Below are positions 28,085-37,606 of a stretch of DNA of 61,401 nt, in pieces; position 1 is the first letter of the stretch, and each line of letters begins with the position of its first letter. The notes beneath the pieces were generated by a model, which saw nothing but the letters and a program-made list of their open reading frames with translations, had not been told where the DNA came from and did not search any database. Position numbers and translations under genes: made by a program. The DNA comes from a virus. Its lineage: Duplodnaviria > Caudoviricetes. The stretch covers positions 1-61,401 of IMG/VR virus record IMGVR_UViG_3300049032_000024; one strand, written 5' to 3'.

Positions 28085-30301
28085 TTATGCTTCCTCCGTT
28101 GCCACGAGGGACTTTGAGCCCTTCTTTCCCTTGAGCAGGACTACCCTGCCCGATTCTTCCAGTGATTGCACAAGTTCAAGGAACTCGCGCGATTTCAGTT
28201 CGGCACTGAATGCCCTGTAAGCCTGAGCCCAAGAGCACTCACCGCCGCGAGCCATGATGACCTCAAGCAGCTTGTCCTGCCTCCGCTTCCAGTTGGACTC
28301 GGAAATCAGGTTGGTCATGGTCACAAGGTGCTCGAACCACTCGCTGCAGTAGTTGATGGCCACAAGCATGTGACGCAGCTCTACCTCATCGCACATATCC
28401 GCCATTGCCAGCAGCGTAGATGCCTTCAGGATGGACGTAGAGAGACGGTTGGTAGCTGCCTCAAGGATCGTTGACTTTGCCTCTGCCTGTGCAGCGTCCA
28501 GAGCCGCCGTGACGAACTGGTTGAAGCGCTTGTGTGCTGCCTCATTCATTGGTACCGCAATCGTGCGCGAGGTTGGATCATTCCAGCCTGCCCACACGTC
28601 ACGCGCTTCCTTCAGCTTCTCAATGAGGTTCAGGAAGGCAGGATCACCCTTGGTGCGCTCCGTAGGGTCCTGCTGGCCAATGTAGTCAGTCTCAGCGGTA
28701 CGCTCCAGAGGCTCAGCCGATACCCAGATGAAGCGGGTAAGGAAGCCTGACTGGAAATCCTCTTCCGTCAGGTAGTCCGCGAGCTGCTTACGGATACCCA
28801 TTGCGAACAGGTTCAGCGCCACGCGAGCACCCTTACGCTTTTTGTCCTTCTCTTCCCCGGAAGCACGCAGCTTGCCGGTCACCTTGCCATCGTAGATTTC
28901 GGTGAGTTCACCCTTGATGCCAGCGAGGTAAGCCTTGCTGTCAAGCTGCTTCATCAAGCCCTGAATCTCATCAATGTGCAGCAGGGCGGAACGGTTGGCG
29001 TTCTGACGCAGCGCTTCATCCAGACCTTCAGCCGTGAACTTAGAGCCCAAGTCATAGTTGTAACCCTCTTCTTCAAGAGCCTCAATGCACTTGAGCATGT
29101 AACCCTTGGCAGTGGACTTACGGGAGAGGGTTGTGCTGCCCAGCACCATAAACCACAGGTTCAGCGGTACGTCTCCCCAGTGAGGTACGGCATGGCCGAA
29201 GTCAGAGAAGACGGTGGACAGGACGGTGAAGGCACCAGCTACGTGATAGGCGTTCGGTGCGTCTGTCTTGCTCGAGGTCCAAGCGAGGTAATCGTCAATG
29301 AAGCAGCCATCAAGGTTCTCCTTCTCAGCAGGAGTCAGGAAGTCATAGCCCTTGGACTTTTTCTTGGGAGCAACGGTGACAACCTCTTCCTCATCCTCTT
29401 CTTCCTCAAAGAGGTCAGGCTGTCCATCCTTGGCGCGAGCGCGCTGAATGTCATCCCACAGGTGCTTGCCGGGATTGGCAACGTTGTCGCGCTTCCACTT
29501 GTTCAGCGGCGAGCGCTCCGCAATGACGTACACCTGCTCATCCGTGGCACCGAGATTGAAGAGCTCGACGTAGAGCGCGTACAGGGCTTCTGAGCCTGCC
29601 GAATTCTTGGGGAATGCCGCAGTCTGGAGCAGTCCTTCCAGCCGTGTGCTCGGGGGAATCTCATTCAGCACAGTGGCGTAAGAGGGAAGTTCCTCTTCAG
29701 GGAACGGCTTGAAGTCCATCGTGTACTCAGGGACAGCAGGGTAGAACTCGGTGAATTCTTCCTCCGTGTAAACAACCCCTGTGTACTCAGCCTCAACCTT
29801 GTAGACCTCTCCAGTTTCTCCCATGTATTTGAGGTTCATCGTGCCGGGAACACGCAGCAGCTTGGTGCAGGACCAGCCATCATCAAAGCCGGTTTCCTTC
29901 TTCGGGTGTGCTACGGATACCGAGTGGCTAAGAGTCTCAGCAGTCTGGGCATCAGACATACCCTCAATGAGCCAGTACAGGTGCGTCTTGTTCGGGGAAG
30001 TCCGCACGATGATGGAAGGCTCACACCGAATGTCATCAAGGTTGAAGGTGTCAGCGTCACCGTAGACCACCTGTGCAGCGCTGGCGAGCACACGCTGCCT
30101 CTTGTTGGCCCTGAACAGGACCGGAGTGTAGTACACGTCTTCGTGCTTGTACTTCTCGATGTAGGCGTAGATATCAGCGGCCTGTTCCGGCCACGAGAAA
30201 AACTTGTGATTCCTGACCTGCCCGTTCAGCATACGGGCGATATCTACCTGCCCTACCTGTTCTCCCCAGACACTTTCAAGGAAAGTCTTGTACTCGGTCA
30301 C
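28085..30301 (-). CDS. Primase (RepB-like AEP) fused to helicase/DUF3987 domain
   Basis: YGDAD, RTSPNKTHLYW, LLRVPGTMN, SRKST and HIDEI motifs. Confidence 0.85.
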   Translation of the reverse strand: MTEYKTFLESVWGEQVGQVDIARMLNGQVRNHKFFSWPEQAADIYAYIEKYKHEDVYYTPVLFRANKRQRVLASAAQVVYGDADTFNLDDIRCEPSIIVRTSPNKTHLYWLIEGMSDAQTAETLSHSVSVAHPKKETGFDDGWSCTKLLRVPGTMNLKYMGETGEVYKVEAEYTGVVYTEEEFTEFYPAVPEYTMDFKPFPEEELPSYATVLNEIPPSTRLEGLLQTAAFPKNSAGSEALYALYVELFNLGATDEQVYVIAERSPLNKWKRDNVANPGKHLWDDIQRARAKDGQPDLFEEEEDEEEVVTVAPKKKSKGYDFLTPAEKENLDGCFIDDYLAWTSSKTDAPNAYHVAGAFTVLSTVFSDFGHAVPHWGDVPLNLWFMVLGSTTLSRKSTAKGYMLKCIEALEEEGYNYDLGSKFTAEGLDEALRQNANRSALLHIDEIQGLMKQLDSKAYLAGIKGELTEIYDGKVTGKLRASGEEKDKKRKGARVALNLFAMGIRKQLADYLTEEDFQSGFLTRFIWVSAEPLERTAETDYIGQQDPTERTKGDPAFLNLIEKLKEARDVWAGWNDPTSRTIAVPMNEAAHKRFNQFVTAALDAAQAEAKSTILEAATNRLSTSILKASTLLAMADMCDEVELRHMLVAINYCSEWFEHLVTMTNLISESNWKRRQDKLLEVIMARGGECSWAQAYRAFSAELKSREFLELVQSLEESGRVVLLKGKKGSKSLVATEEA

Positions 30302-30363
30302 TGTGCTCCTTTCATTCCAAACTGATAGCTTAGCAGATGTAATACATTCCATCGTACTTAGTC

Positions 30364-30396
30364 AAAAGGAAAGCCAGCCTTTCGGCTGGCCTTCCT
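30364..30396 (-). terminator. Intrinsic terminator
   Basis: Minus strand GCCAGCC-GAAA-GGCTGGC plus T-rich tail. Confidence 0.75.
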
Positions 30397-30398
30397 TG

Positions 30399-30494
30399 TG
30401 GGGGAGAGCGGATTTGAACCGCTGGTAGATTACGCTACCCAGACTAATGATTAGTTAGTCCCTGATTTCGCCAAGCATCAGGACGTCGTACCCC
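30399..30494 (-). ncRNA. Non-canonical tRNA-like RNA
   Basis: Perfect T arm AGCGG-TTCAAAT-CCGCT; three further stems; only about 4 bp of acceptor stem. Confidence 0.55.
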
Positions 30495-30600
30495 TTGTGA
30501 GCCTTTTATCACTCATGCTCAGGAGTTAGTGTGTGGGCACCGCTATGTTGGATATTCAAGCAAACCGAGTCCACGGAATATGCCCCACAACACTAGCTTA

Positions 30601-31119
30601 CTACAGGGAGAAGCCGGAAGTTGCTTCAGCCTTTGCTGCCTTGCCCTTTGCAGCGGTGGTTGCCTTGGCGGGAGTCTTGCCCGTCTTCTCGCCAACCTTT
30701 TTGCGGCCAGCGAAACGGACCTGAGCAACCTGAATCACGTTGCCGTCATCGTCCTTCTCCCCCTTGTGGTTGTCAACGTGAACAACCTCAATCTGGAGCT
30801 CTTTGCCGATCAGGTCATCAGCTTCAGGAGGCGTGAACGGTCCCGGCTTCTCCTTGGTGGGAACCGGCAGACCGACAGCGCGGGAGAGCGACACGATGTT
30901 CTGGATTGCGGGCTTCGTGATGGTGATGAAGTCCCACAGGGTGCCCTTGAAGGACTCATCGGTGGACTTGTACTTCACAAGGTACTGCAGGTTGCCGTTG
31001 GAAGTCTCGCGGTCATCTTCCACGTCATCAATCTCAACCGTGTGCCAACCTGCCGGAACGATCTTGCGAGTGGTGTCAAGGTCTTCAGCGGTCAGGTCAA
31101 AGCTCTGGCGTTCAGTCAC
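30601..31119 (-). CDS. ssDNA-binding protein (DUF669-like)
   Basis: VPAGWHTVEIDDV and DLIGKEL motifs; flexible C-terminal tail. Confidence 0.75.
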   Translation of the reverse strand: MTERQSFDLTAEDLDTTRKIVPAGWHTVEIDDVEDDRETSNGNLQYLVKYKSTDESFKGTLWDFITITKPAIQNIVSLSRAVGLPVPTKEKPGPFTPPEADDLIGKELQIEVVHVDNHKGEKDDDGNVIQVAQVRFAGRKKVGEKTGKTPAKATTAAKGKAAKAEATSGFSL

Positions 31120-31172
31120 TATTTTTGTTTCCTTTTGTTGTGTTTCGGTTTTTAGTGCAGTAAATCTTGAAG

Positions 31173-31985
31173 CTACGCGGTGATGGCCGCGTAGTAGTCC
31201 GCCATCTTCGGATTCTTCATTCTGTCCGGTAGTTTGTGCTCGTACCGACTACCTGCGTCGATCCTACCAGAAGCAGTCAGGTGAAGCAAACGGTAACCGT
31301 TGCCTTCATCATCCTCTGTTTTTTCCAGATACGCAATGGTATCAGGAATCTTCGGGATTTCAATGTTGGACTTCTTACCAAGGAAGTTGGGGCTCAAGAG
31401 CACCGTTCCCAGCACATCATCCTTTTCCTTGGACGTGTGTGCTATGAGGAAGAAGTTGTACTGGCTGTTGTGCAGCGCGTCTGTCACGTAGATCAGGCCG
31501 TCTGCAACCTTGTCCCAGATTTCGTAAGCGTTCTTCGTGTTGGGGTTAGCAGCACGATAGTCACGCTTGATGATTTCTTGGAACTGACCAGCGGTGTCAA
31601 TAACCACCGTCTTGTACTTGGTCTTGTTGTCCACAACCTTGTTGACGATGTTTATCATCTTGGCGGTGTCCTTGATGTGGACAACATCAATGCGGTCATC
31701 ATCGTACAGACCGGCGAACGCTCCCGTACCGTCTTCCGTGGCGAGCCACAGGACTGGGAACATTCCGTCTACCTCAGCACACTGGGAGACAAAGGTGGAC
31801 TTGCCTACACGGTGACGCCCGTACAGTAGCATCGACGTGCGCTTACGTGCTGGTGTGGGAGCTTCAATCTCCGCAATGTCACTCAAGTCGAACAAGTCTT
31901 CCTCGAGCAGTTCATTTTCTTCTGCTACCGCTGCTTCGCTCAGTTTGTTGCCTCTTCCTTTTCGTAGAATTCGGGATAAACCCAC
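31173..31985 (-). CDS. AAA_24/Sak4-like ATPase
   Basis: LYGRHRVGKST Walker A; TVVIDT Walker B; start codon uncertain. Confidence 0.85.
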   Translation of the reverse strand: MGLSRILRKGRGNKLSEAAVAEENELLEEDLFDLSDIAEIEAPTPARKRTSMLLYGRHRVGKSTFVSQCAEVDGMFPVLWLATEDGTGAFAGLYDDDRIDVVHIKDTAKMINIVNKVVDNKTKYKTVVIDTAGQFQEIIKRDYRAANPNTKNAYEIWDKVADGLIYVTDALHNSQYNFFLIAHTSKEKDDVLGTVLLSPNFLGKKSNIEIPKIPDTIAYLEKTEDDEGNGYRLLHLTASGRIDAGSRYEHKLPDRMKNPKMADYYAAITA

Positions 31986-32191
31986 AGGAGGTCAGGATCG
32001 TGATCGAACTTGACCCTGATATCCCCCTCGTACTTTACACTCAAATGATGCACGGTGCCAACTTGTCCTTCCTTGAAGTCGCGCTCATTGACGCCTTCAC
32101 GGATACGGACCTTATCGCCTACTGCAACACTCAATGCGAGCCCCTTTGCCCCAGCTAGTTTCTGAATAGAACTCGAGAGCAGACGTAGCAA
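31940..32191 (-). CDS. Small SH3-like hypothetical protein
   Basis: VGDKVRI...GTV motif; true start probably near 32134. Confidence 0.5.
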   Translation of the reverse strand: MLRLLSSSIQKLAGAKGLALSVAVGDKVRIREGVNERDFKEGQVGTVHHLSVKYEGDIRVKFDHDPDLLWVYPEFYEKEEATN

Positions 32192-32838
32192 TCATCATCC
32201 ATAGGGAGTGAATCAAGCTTTCCCTCTTGAACTCGGCTCCAGATCAACTCTAGCCTAGCCAGTGCCTTGCGTGCAACTTCAGGGTTGTAGGGCTCCGTGT
32301 AGAACCGTATGTCGTCAGGATCATTGCTGAGCTTGGGGATGACACACAGGTTGACGGTTTCCACCGGCTTGCCTGCCTTGACCCAGCCGTACCCGTAAAG
32401 GTGTTGCTGAACACGGTACTTCGTGTTCGGTAGCCGGTTGGGCTCGAGCTGGTAGGCAAGCTTCATCTCCGTGAAGCTCCACTTGCCTACCACCTTCCAG
32501 TCAAAGATGTGCCCTGCCTTGTAGAAGTCGGTGGAACCACTGATGGTCCCATACCCCTCAAGGTGATAGATGGCGTTCTTCTGCTCTTTGATTGCGCCCG
32601 GAATATCCAGCGTAGTGTCGATGTAGTTATGCACTGCCGTACCGATCCAGCTACCGAGCCCGAAACGCTCCGTATGTTCGAGGTCTGGGTACTGTTCCGG
32701 CAAGGCCAGTGCAAGCTTCTCACCTAAGCACAAGGGGCAGCCTCCAATTTCAGAAGGACCTAAGCGCTTTTGTTGGCCGCGATTGGTGGGTTTCGTAATC
32801 TCGCTGACAATCTTACGTTTTAGTGTTTCAAGCCGCAA
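32155..32838 (-). CDS. Cas4-like PD-(D/E)XK exonuclease
   Basis: GPSEIGGC, GTAVH, DWK, QQHLYG and C-terminal CYVC motifs. Confidence 0.85.
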   Translation of the reverse strand: MRLETLKRKIVSEITKPTNRGQQKRLGPSEIGGCPLCLGEKLALALPEQYPDLEHTERFGLGSWIGTAVHNYIDTTLDIPGAIKEQKNAIYHLEGYGTISGSTDFYKAGHIFDWKVVGKWSFTEMKLAYQLEPNRLPNTKYRVQQHLYGYGWVKAGKPVETVNLCVIPKLSNDPDDIRFYTEPYNPEVARKALARLELIWSRVQEGKLDSLPMDDDCYVCSRVLFRN

Positions 32839-33295
32839 TAGCTACACGTCTCTTTTCATCATGCTTGCGTCCTGCCTGCCTGATGCAAATACGGCATCTG
32901 CGTGTACCTTTAGGAGTCACGTAGACATTATCAGCACACAGCTCATGCCCTTGAACGCAGTGGGTTAGTGTGGGTCGCACAATGGACTTGTAGAACTCTA
33001 TGCGCCGACGATTGTTTTCCTCATCCGTGACAGCTTCAAGGTGGGAAGGTCTGACACAGTTTCGTGTCCTGCATCTGTGATCCAGCGTCAGGTCTTCTGG
33101 AACTCTACTACCGTACTCGAGTTCCCATGCCACCCTGTGTGCTGCACAGGTCTTCCTGTCTATCCGTATGGAGCCGTACCCTTTGCTGACCTTGGCACCT
33201 GTCCAAAGCCAGCAATCCGCCGATTTAGTTACCTTGTCCCAGAACCTTGCGCTGAGTCCCAAGGCATTCTCAGCGGTTAGGTACTGCAAGGTCAT
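32828..33295 (-). CDS. HNH endonuclease
   Basis: CWLWTG, AHR, LDHRCRTRNCVRPSHLE motifs; HCVQGH Zn tail. Confidence 0.9.
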   Translation of the reverse strand: MTLQYLTAENALGLSARFWDKVTKSADCWLWTGAKVSKGYGSIRIDRKTCAAHRVAWELEYGSRVPEDLTLDHRCRTRNCVRPSHLEAVTDEENNRRRIEFYKSIVRPTLTHCVQGHELCADNVYVTPKGTRRCRICIRQAGRKHDEKRRVAIAA

Positions 33296-33597
33296 GAGGT
33301 GAGGTACGCCCAACGGGATGGGGAAGTATCCATACGCTTACGATACGCTTCCCGCTGCTGTGGGATCAAGCCGCCCCACACGCCATGCTGGATATCGTTT
33401 GTGAGCGCTTCCTGAAGGCACTGGTGCTTGAAGGGGCACCTGTCGCACACACTGATGGCAATGGCCCGTTCTGACTTACCGAAGCGCTCTTCCTCATCAA
33501 GAGGGTCAGCGAACCAGTAGTCAGGGTCCATTTCAGCACACTCAGGAGGGTTCTCAATGACTTGCCTTTGAAACTCTGACCTAAATCCCTCAGCCAA
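33292..33597 (-). CDS. whiB: WhiB-family transcription factor
   Basis: Four Cys (C...CDRC...C) and GVWGG motif. Confidence 0.9.
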   Translation of the reverse strand: MAEGFRSEFQRQVIENPPECAEMDPDYWFADPLDEEERFGKSERAIAISVCDRCPFKHQCLQEALTNDIQHGVWGGLIPQQREAYRKRMDTSPSRWAYLTS

Positions 33598-33961
33598 TGC
33601 GCTGCTCAATCTCCTGCCATACCAGATGAAAGTTCGGTTTTTGTGACGCATAGGTGATGTAGAACTCTTCGTACTTATGCCCAGCGACAGCGACAAAGAA
33701 CTCTACCCAGTCACCGTCATCCCACTTGCGCGGGTCAGACTCATCAGGGAAGGCGTCAGCCAGCTCCGTCAGACCTTCATCCAGCTCTTCCAGCAGGTCA
33801 GTGTAGGCGTTGCCTACCACATGAGCGTACTCATTGAATTCAACCTGCTCAGTCTCAGACATTTCACCGAACGTCCGCCGCAGTGCGATGTGCTCCTGAT
33901 CCCCAGTCTTGGGATCGTACAGGGCTTTCAGCAATGCAAGGTTCTTCTGCTTGTTGTTCAA
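33590..33961 (-). CDS. Hypothetical acidic protein
   Basis: ORF coupled to both neighbours. Confidence 0.6.
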   Translation of the reverse strand: MNNKQKNLALLKALYDPKTGDQEHIALRRTFGEMSETEQVEFNEYAHVVGNAYTDLLEELDEGLTELADAFPDESDPRKWDDGDWVEFFVAVAGHKYEEFYITYASQKPNFHLVWQEIEQRIG

Positions 33962-34512
33962 CGGTTGTTCCCCGATCCCTGCAGGACGCCACGAGACTTG
34001 CGGTCAGCGAGCTTGTTCAGGTTCTTGGCCATGACAGCCTCAGTGGTGGAACCGAACGCCGCAGTAAGCTGCTCGAGCTGGTGAGTGAACTGGAACAGCT
34101 CAGCCATGACAGCCTCAGTGTGTTTCGCCTCAAAGTAGCCATCGTTGTCCCTGATGGACTTCTTCAGGACTCCAGCAATGTTGCTTGCGTGTTTTCCCAG
34201 CAGCAGAATGGTGATGCCACGGCTTGGGTAGGTCTGGGGGAGCAGACCGCTGAAGGTGCGGACCTCTTCAAAGGTCTTGCCCATTGCGTCAGCAACAGCA
34301 GCCGCGTACCACCAGTTGTCACCGATTTCTGAGAGGATTTCGTTGGTGCCCTTGCGGGAGAAGCCCCAGCCGATCAGCTTTTCTCGGGCGTAAACGTCAC
34401 CGATTTCTCCAACCTCCGAGCACAAGCCCAGAATGGTGTACTCGAGTTCTCGCTTCAGAGGGTAGATCGCGGTGGTAAGTGCGTTCTGCTGAAATTCATT
34501 CCAGTTGATGAT
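33958..34512 (-). CDS. MazG-like nucleotide pyrophosphohydrolase (probable ATC start)
   Basis: GLCSEVGE, EIGDNWWY and NLNKLADRKSRGVLQGSG motifs; reading frame extends to ATC after RBS GAAAGGA. Confidence 0.8.
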   Translation of the reverse strand: MINWNEFQQNALTTAIYPLKRELEYTILGLCSEVGEIGDVYAREKLIGWGFSRKGTNEILSEIGDNWWYAAAVADAMGKTFEEVRTFSGLLPQTYPSRGITILLLGKHASNIAGVLKKSIRDNDGYFEAKHTEAVMAELFQFTHQLEQLTAAFGSTTEAVMAKNLNKLADRKSRGVLQGSGNNR

Positions 34513-34579
34513 GTTTTCCTTTCAAAATGCAACGGACTACACAATGGTATGTGTAGTCCGTTGCATTGTCAAACGTTAT

Positions 34580-35194
34580 TTACAGGTGTTCCCATTTGCC
34601 AGCATCGTTGTTATCCAGCGTGACCTTCTGGACAATGCCAGATGACGTGTGGTAAATGCAGATACCTTCAGGACGGTCAAACCCATACACAGCCCAAGAG
34701 CCGTGTTCCTGCAAGTTGTCCAGAGCTGCAGTGATTGCTTTTTCCTTCATTGGGCCTTTGTAGAGCACCGGCACACAACGTACGAGTCCGTCTGAGTCTT
34801 CCCAGATGTTCTCAAAGCGGTGAGTGTTGAAGAGGCTGAAGACCTTCTCACCCTTCTTCAATCCATAACCACGCTGGATTCCTGAGCCCCACCACTCGCC
34901 AAAGTGCAACCCTTCGCCAAGGAAGGTGACCAGCTCTTCAGCGTGCGACTGTACCCAGCCAGCAAAGCCAGCGTTGTCCTGTCCAAGCCGGATGAGCTTG
35001 TTGCGGGACTGGGCATAGACCGCGTACCAAGCATCGCCTACGTTGTTGTAGGACAGTACGTTGAGGTCACCTATTTCAGGGGACTCTACGCGCCGGATAC
35101 CTACCGCAGCGTTGGTACCATCAATTTTTTCTGTAATCACAATGTCACGGAAGAAGCGGGAAGTCTTGGGCCAAGGGGTAAATTCGATAGTCAA
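34580..35194 (-). CDS. RNA ligase (Rnl2-like)
   Basis: TEKIDGTN, FGEW and EGI nucleotidyltransferase motifs. Confidence 0.8.
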   Translation of the reverse strand: MTIEFTPWPKTSRFFRDIVITEKIDGTNAAVGIRRVESPEIGDLNVLSYNNVGDAWYAVYAQSRNKLIRLGQDNAGFAGWVQSHAEELVTFLGEGLHFGEWWGSGIQRGYGLKKGEKVFSLFNTHRFENIWEDSDGLVRCVPVLYKGPMKEKAITAALDNLQEHGSWAVYGFDRPEGICIYHTSSGIVQKVTLDNNDAGKWEHL

Positions 35195-35207
35195 TGCTTT
35201 CCTTATC

Positions 35208-36158
35208 TTAGAAGTTTCCAGCGTCAGGACCGTTGACGTGGAAGGTTGTCAGGCCGAGTTTGCGCCACATACGCAGCACACGGTGTCGATCATCGTACAC
35301 ACCAACGATTGTGTAACCTTCCGGCCTGATGTACTTGTTGAAGAGCTCGTACTTGATGATGCTGTCTTCACGCTTCTGTCCGGGCTCAGTCGGACGCATG
35401 TAGAGCTTGTCATAGACAATGCCACTATCAGCCAACCATTTCTCCGTGACCTCGCGGTAGACCTCATCGCGGCCAGAAACAATGATAATGTCACAGCCCA
35501 AGTCCCAGTAACTAGTCAGCGCATGGTGAACGTCCGCGTTGGGTGTGTCCATCCAGACCTTCTCACCATCATAAGGTGATCGGTCACCCATAACTGCCAG
35601 CGTACCGTCAATGTCGAAGATCACTGCACGCCTACGGAACTGAGAGTTGTCAGGTTGCACGTAGGGCTCAATGTTTGCTTCAGGTGCAGGTGTGTAGGTG
35701 ACTTCCTTGGTCAGGTCACGGCCCTTGATGAAGCGGTTGTGCTTGTCACGGATCACGTCAGGGTCAACGTACTTCTTAGTCCACTTGCCGCGCTCTTCGT
35801 TGTTCGCCAGAACCTTGTCCAGCGGAACGTCACGGAAGTCCTGTACGCCGAAGTTCACGCCAAGCTCAGCAGCCAGCTTGATCCACTTCTTCACCGAGCG
35901 GTCAGGCAGGTGAGTATCACTGACGATGACATTGACGCCGTTGGTCAGGTAGTTGCGTACTGCAGCATCCTGAATGCGCGTGACCAGTTCTTCGTCTTCC
36001 TGCTTGCCAGTCCAGTAGGACTTGAAGAGCTGCTGGCGGATTTCGTCACGCTCCACCTTGACCACGTTCTTGAGAACTCGGATGGTGTTGTCTGCCCATG
36101 TGCTCTTACCACTACCGGGGAGCCCCCGCGTGATGAACAGGAACGGTGTTTTCTCCAC
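35208..36158 (-). CDS. Polynucleotide kinase/3'-phosphatase (T4 PNK-like)
   Basis: GLPGSGKST P-loop; FDIDGTL HAD motif; YDDR. Confidence 0.9.
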   Translation of the reverse strand: MEKTPFLFITRGLPGSGKSTWADNTIRVLKNVVKVERDEIRQQLFKSYWTGKQEDEELVTRIQDAAVRNYLTNGVNVIVSDTHLPDRSVKKWIKLAAELGVNFGVQDFRDVPLDKVLANNEERGKWTKKYVDPDVIRDKHNRFIKGRDLTKEVTYTPAPEANIEPYVQPDNSQFRRRAVIFDIDGTLAVMGDRSPYDGEKVWMDTPNADVHHALTSYWDLGCDIIIVSGRDEVYREVTEKWLADSGIVYDKLYMRPTEPGQKREDSIIKYELFNKYIRPEGYTIVGVYDDRHRVLRMWRKLGLTTFHVNGPDAGNF

Positions 36159-37288
36159 TATGCGTTTTCCTTTACTGCCTTGAAGGGTACGTGACCCGGC
36201 TTGAGTTGCTTGTTGATCCAGTCTGTTTGCTTAGCCCAGTTCTTGTCAAGCTCAGCAAATACGGGAGAAGCAACGTCAGGGTAATACTTCAACAAGTATT
36301 GTGCCTGCATTTTCCGAGTGGTAACGCCGCATACCTCCCGTACTGCACGTTCGGCCTGCCGAATCCTTGCGTAAAGCCCCTGAGTCTCCTGTACCAGCCT
36401 TGTGTTCACATCGCGCGCCCAACCTTGAAGCTCATCAGGCAGACCCTCAATGAAGGCGTGTACTGTGCCTGCACAGGAATGCTCCCAGATGGCCTTCTCA
36501 GACAGCCCGAAGATGGCTGAGTGAAGTTCCTTGTACTTGTCACCCTTGAGCTTCAGGTGGTCAATCACGTCACCATCGTCATTGAGAATGTCCAGCACAT
36601 AGCCCTCTTCATCGTCAGGGATGGGAAGGGACAGAGCGTCAGCGAGAGTCATAATCTCTGAGTCTCCCCAGTGCTTGTTGTAGCCCCACGGACGCCACGT
36701 GATGAGGCCTGAGTGGTTGCCTACCGTTCCTAGTGGGATCACAGCATCCAGACCGCTGTAGTCCAGCACAATGCGGTTGTCAGGGTAGACAATCTCCCCG
36801 ATATAGGACTCTCCCATTGCGCGGTACTGGTCAATGGACTCAGCCATGATCGCGTAGTGATCGTTGTCACTCTCATTCATTTTCACCAGAGCAGTAGCGT
36901 GTCCAGCCTGCTCAGACGTGAAGCTGCCACGAGTAGCAATGCCCCACTCAAAGTTGCCTTCGCCATCCTCATAGCACCAGCCAATGCCCAGTGAGCCGTC
37001 TTCCTTCCGGCTGACCCGGACGGGAGTGTGCAGCGGCCATTCCTTTGCGGACGGTTCCCCGTAGTTGAAGAACTTGCGTGGTCCGCGAGCTACCAGCTCA
37101 GACGTTTCGCTGTTGAAAATCAAACCCCGGCAATGGATTGTGACAGCGTTCCAGCGGCGCTCGTATGTAGCCTTGTCCGTGTAGTTGGCGATGATGAGGG
37201 GCAGGAACGGATGCTTCTGCAGCTTGACGTAGCCATACTGTACTTCTGACTGAAACTGCTCGTGAGTGAAAAGCTCAGTTATCTTCAA
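36158..37288 (-). CDS. RNA ligase (T4 Rnl1-like)
   Basis: CRGLI, KFFN, KEDGSL, ATRGSF, EGYV and KLK motifs. Confidence 0.9.
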   Translation of the reverse strand: MKITELFTHEQFQSEVQYGYVKLQKHPFLPLIIANYTDKATYERRWNAVTIHCRGLIFNSETSELVARGPRKFFNYGEPSAKEWPLHTPVRVSRKEDGSLGIGWCYEDGEGNFEWGIATRGSFTSEQAGHATALVKMNESDNDHYAIMAESIDQYRAMGESYIGEIVYPDNRIVLDYSGLDAVIPLGTVGNHSGLITWRPWGYNKHWGDSEIMTLADALSLPIPDDEEGYVLDILNDDGDVIDHLKLKGDKYKELHSAIFGLSEKAIWEHSCAGTVHAFIEGLPDELQGWARDVNTRLVQETQGLYARIRQAERAVREVCGVTTRKMQAQYLLKYYPDVASPVFAELDKNWAKQTDWINKQLKPGHVPFKAVKENA

Positions 37289-37490
37289 TGTCTTCTTCCT
37301 TTGTAGTGAGAATAAGCCGTTGACCGAAGCCTGTACCAAGACCTGTACCGACTAGAGAGAAGTGTTCCATACACATGAATGCCCACATTCCGTTGACGGT
37401 CCTACCGTCATAGTGAGCGTCCTTGTCTACACCTTGTTCCTTACAAAAGTCACACTTGGGATATTCGGCCACGATTGCAAACTTTCCCAT
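37275..37490 (-). CDS. Small Cys-containing protein
   Basis: CDFC...YDGRT...WAFMC...GLGTG; strong RBS. Confidence 0.65.
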   Translation of the reverse strand: MGKFAIVAEYPKCDFCKEQGVDKDAHYDGRTVNGMWAFMCMEHFSLVGTGLGTGFGQRLILTTKEEDIEDN

Positions 37491-37606
37491 GATCTTTCCT
37501 TTCAGTTGGTCTCTCCATGAGCAACACTACATGCTTGCAGGCAAAAAGGAAAGCCCCTCTCTACCCAAACGTCGAGAGGGGCTTTCCAGCTTGTGTGCTC
37601 TAGTGG

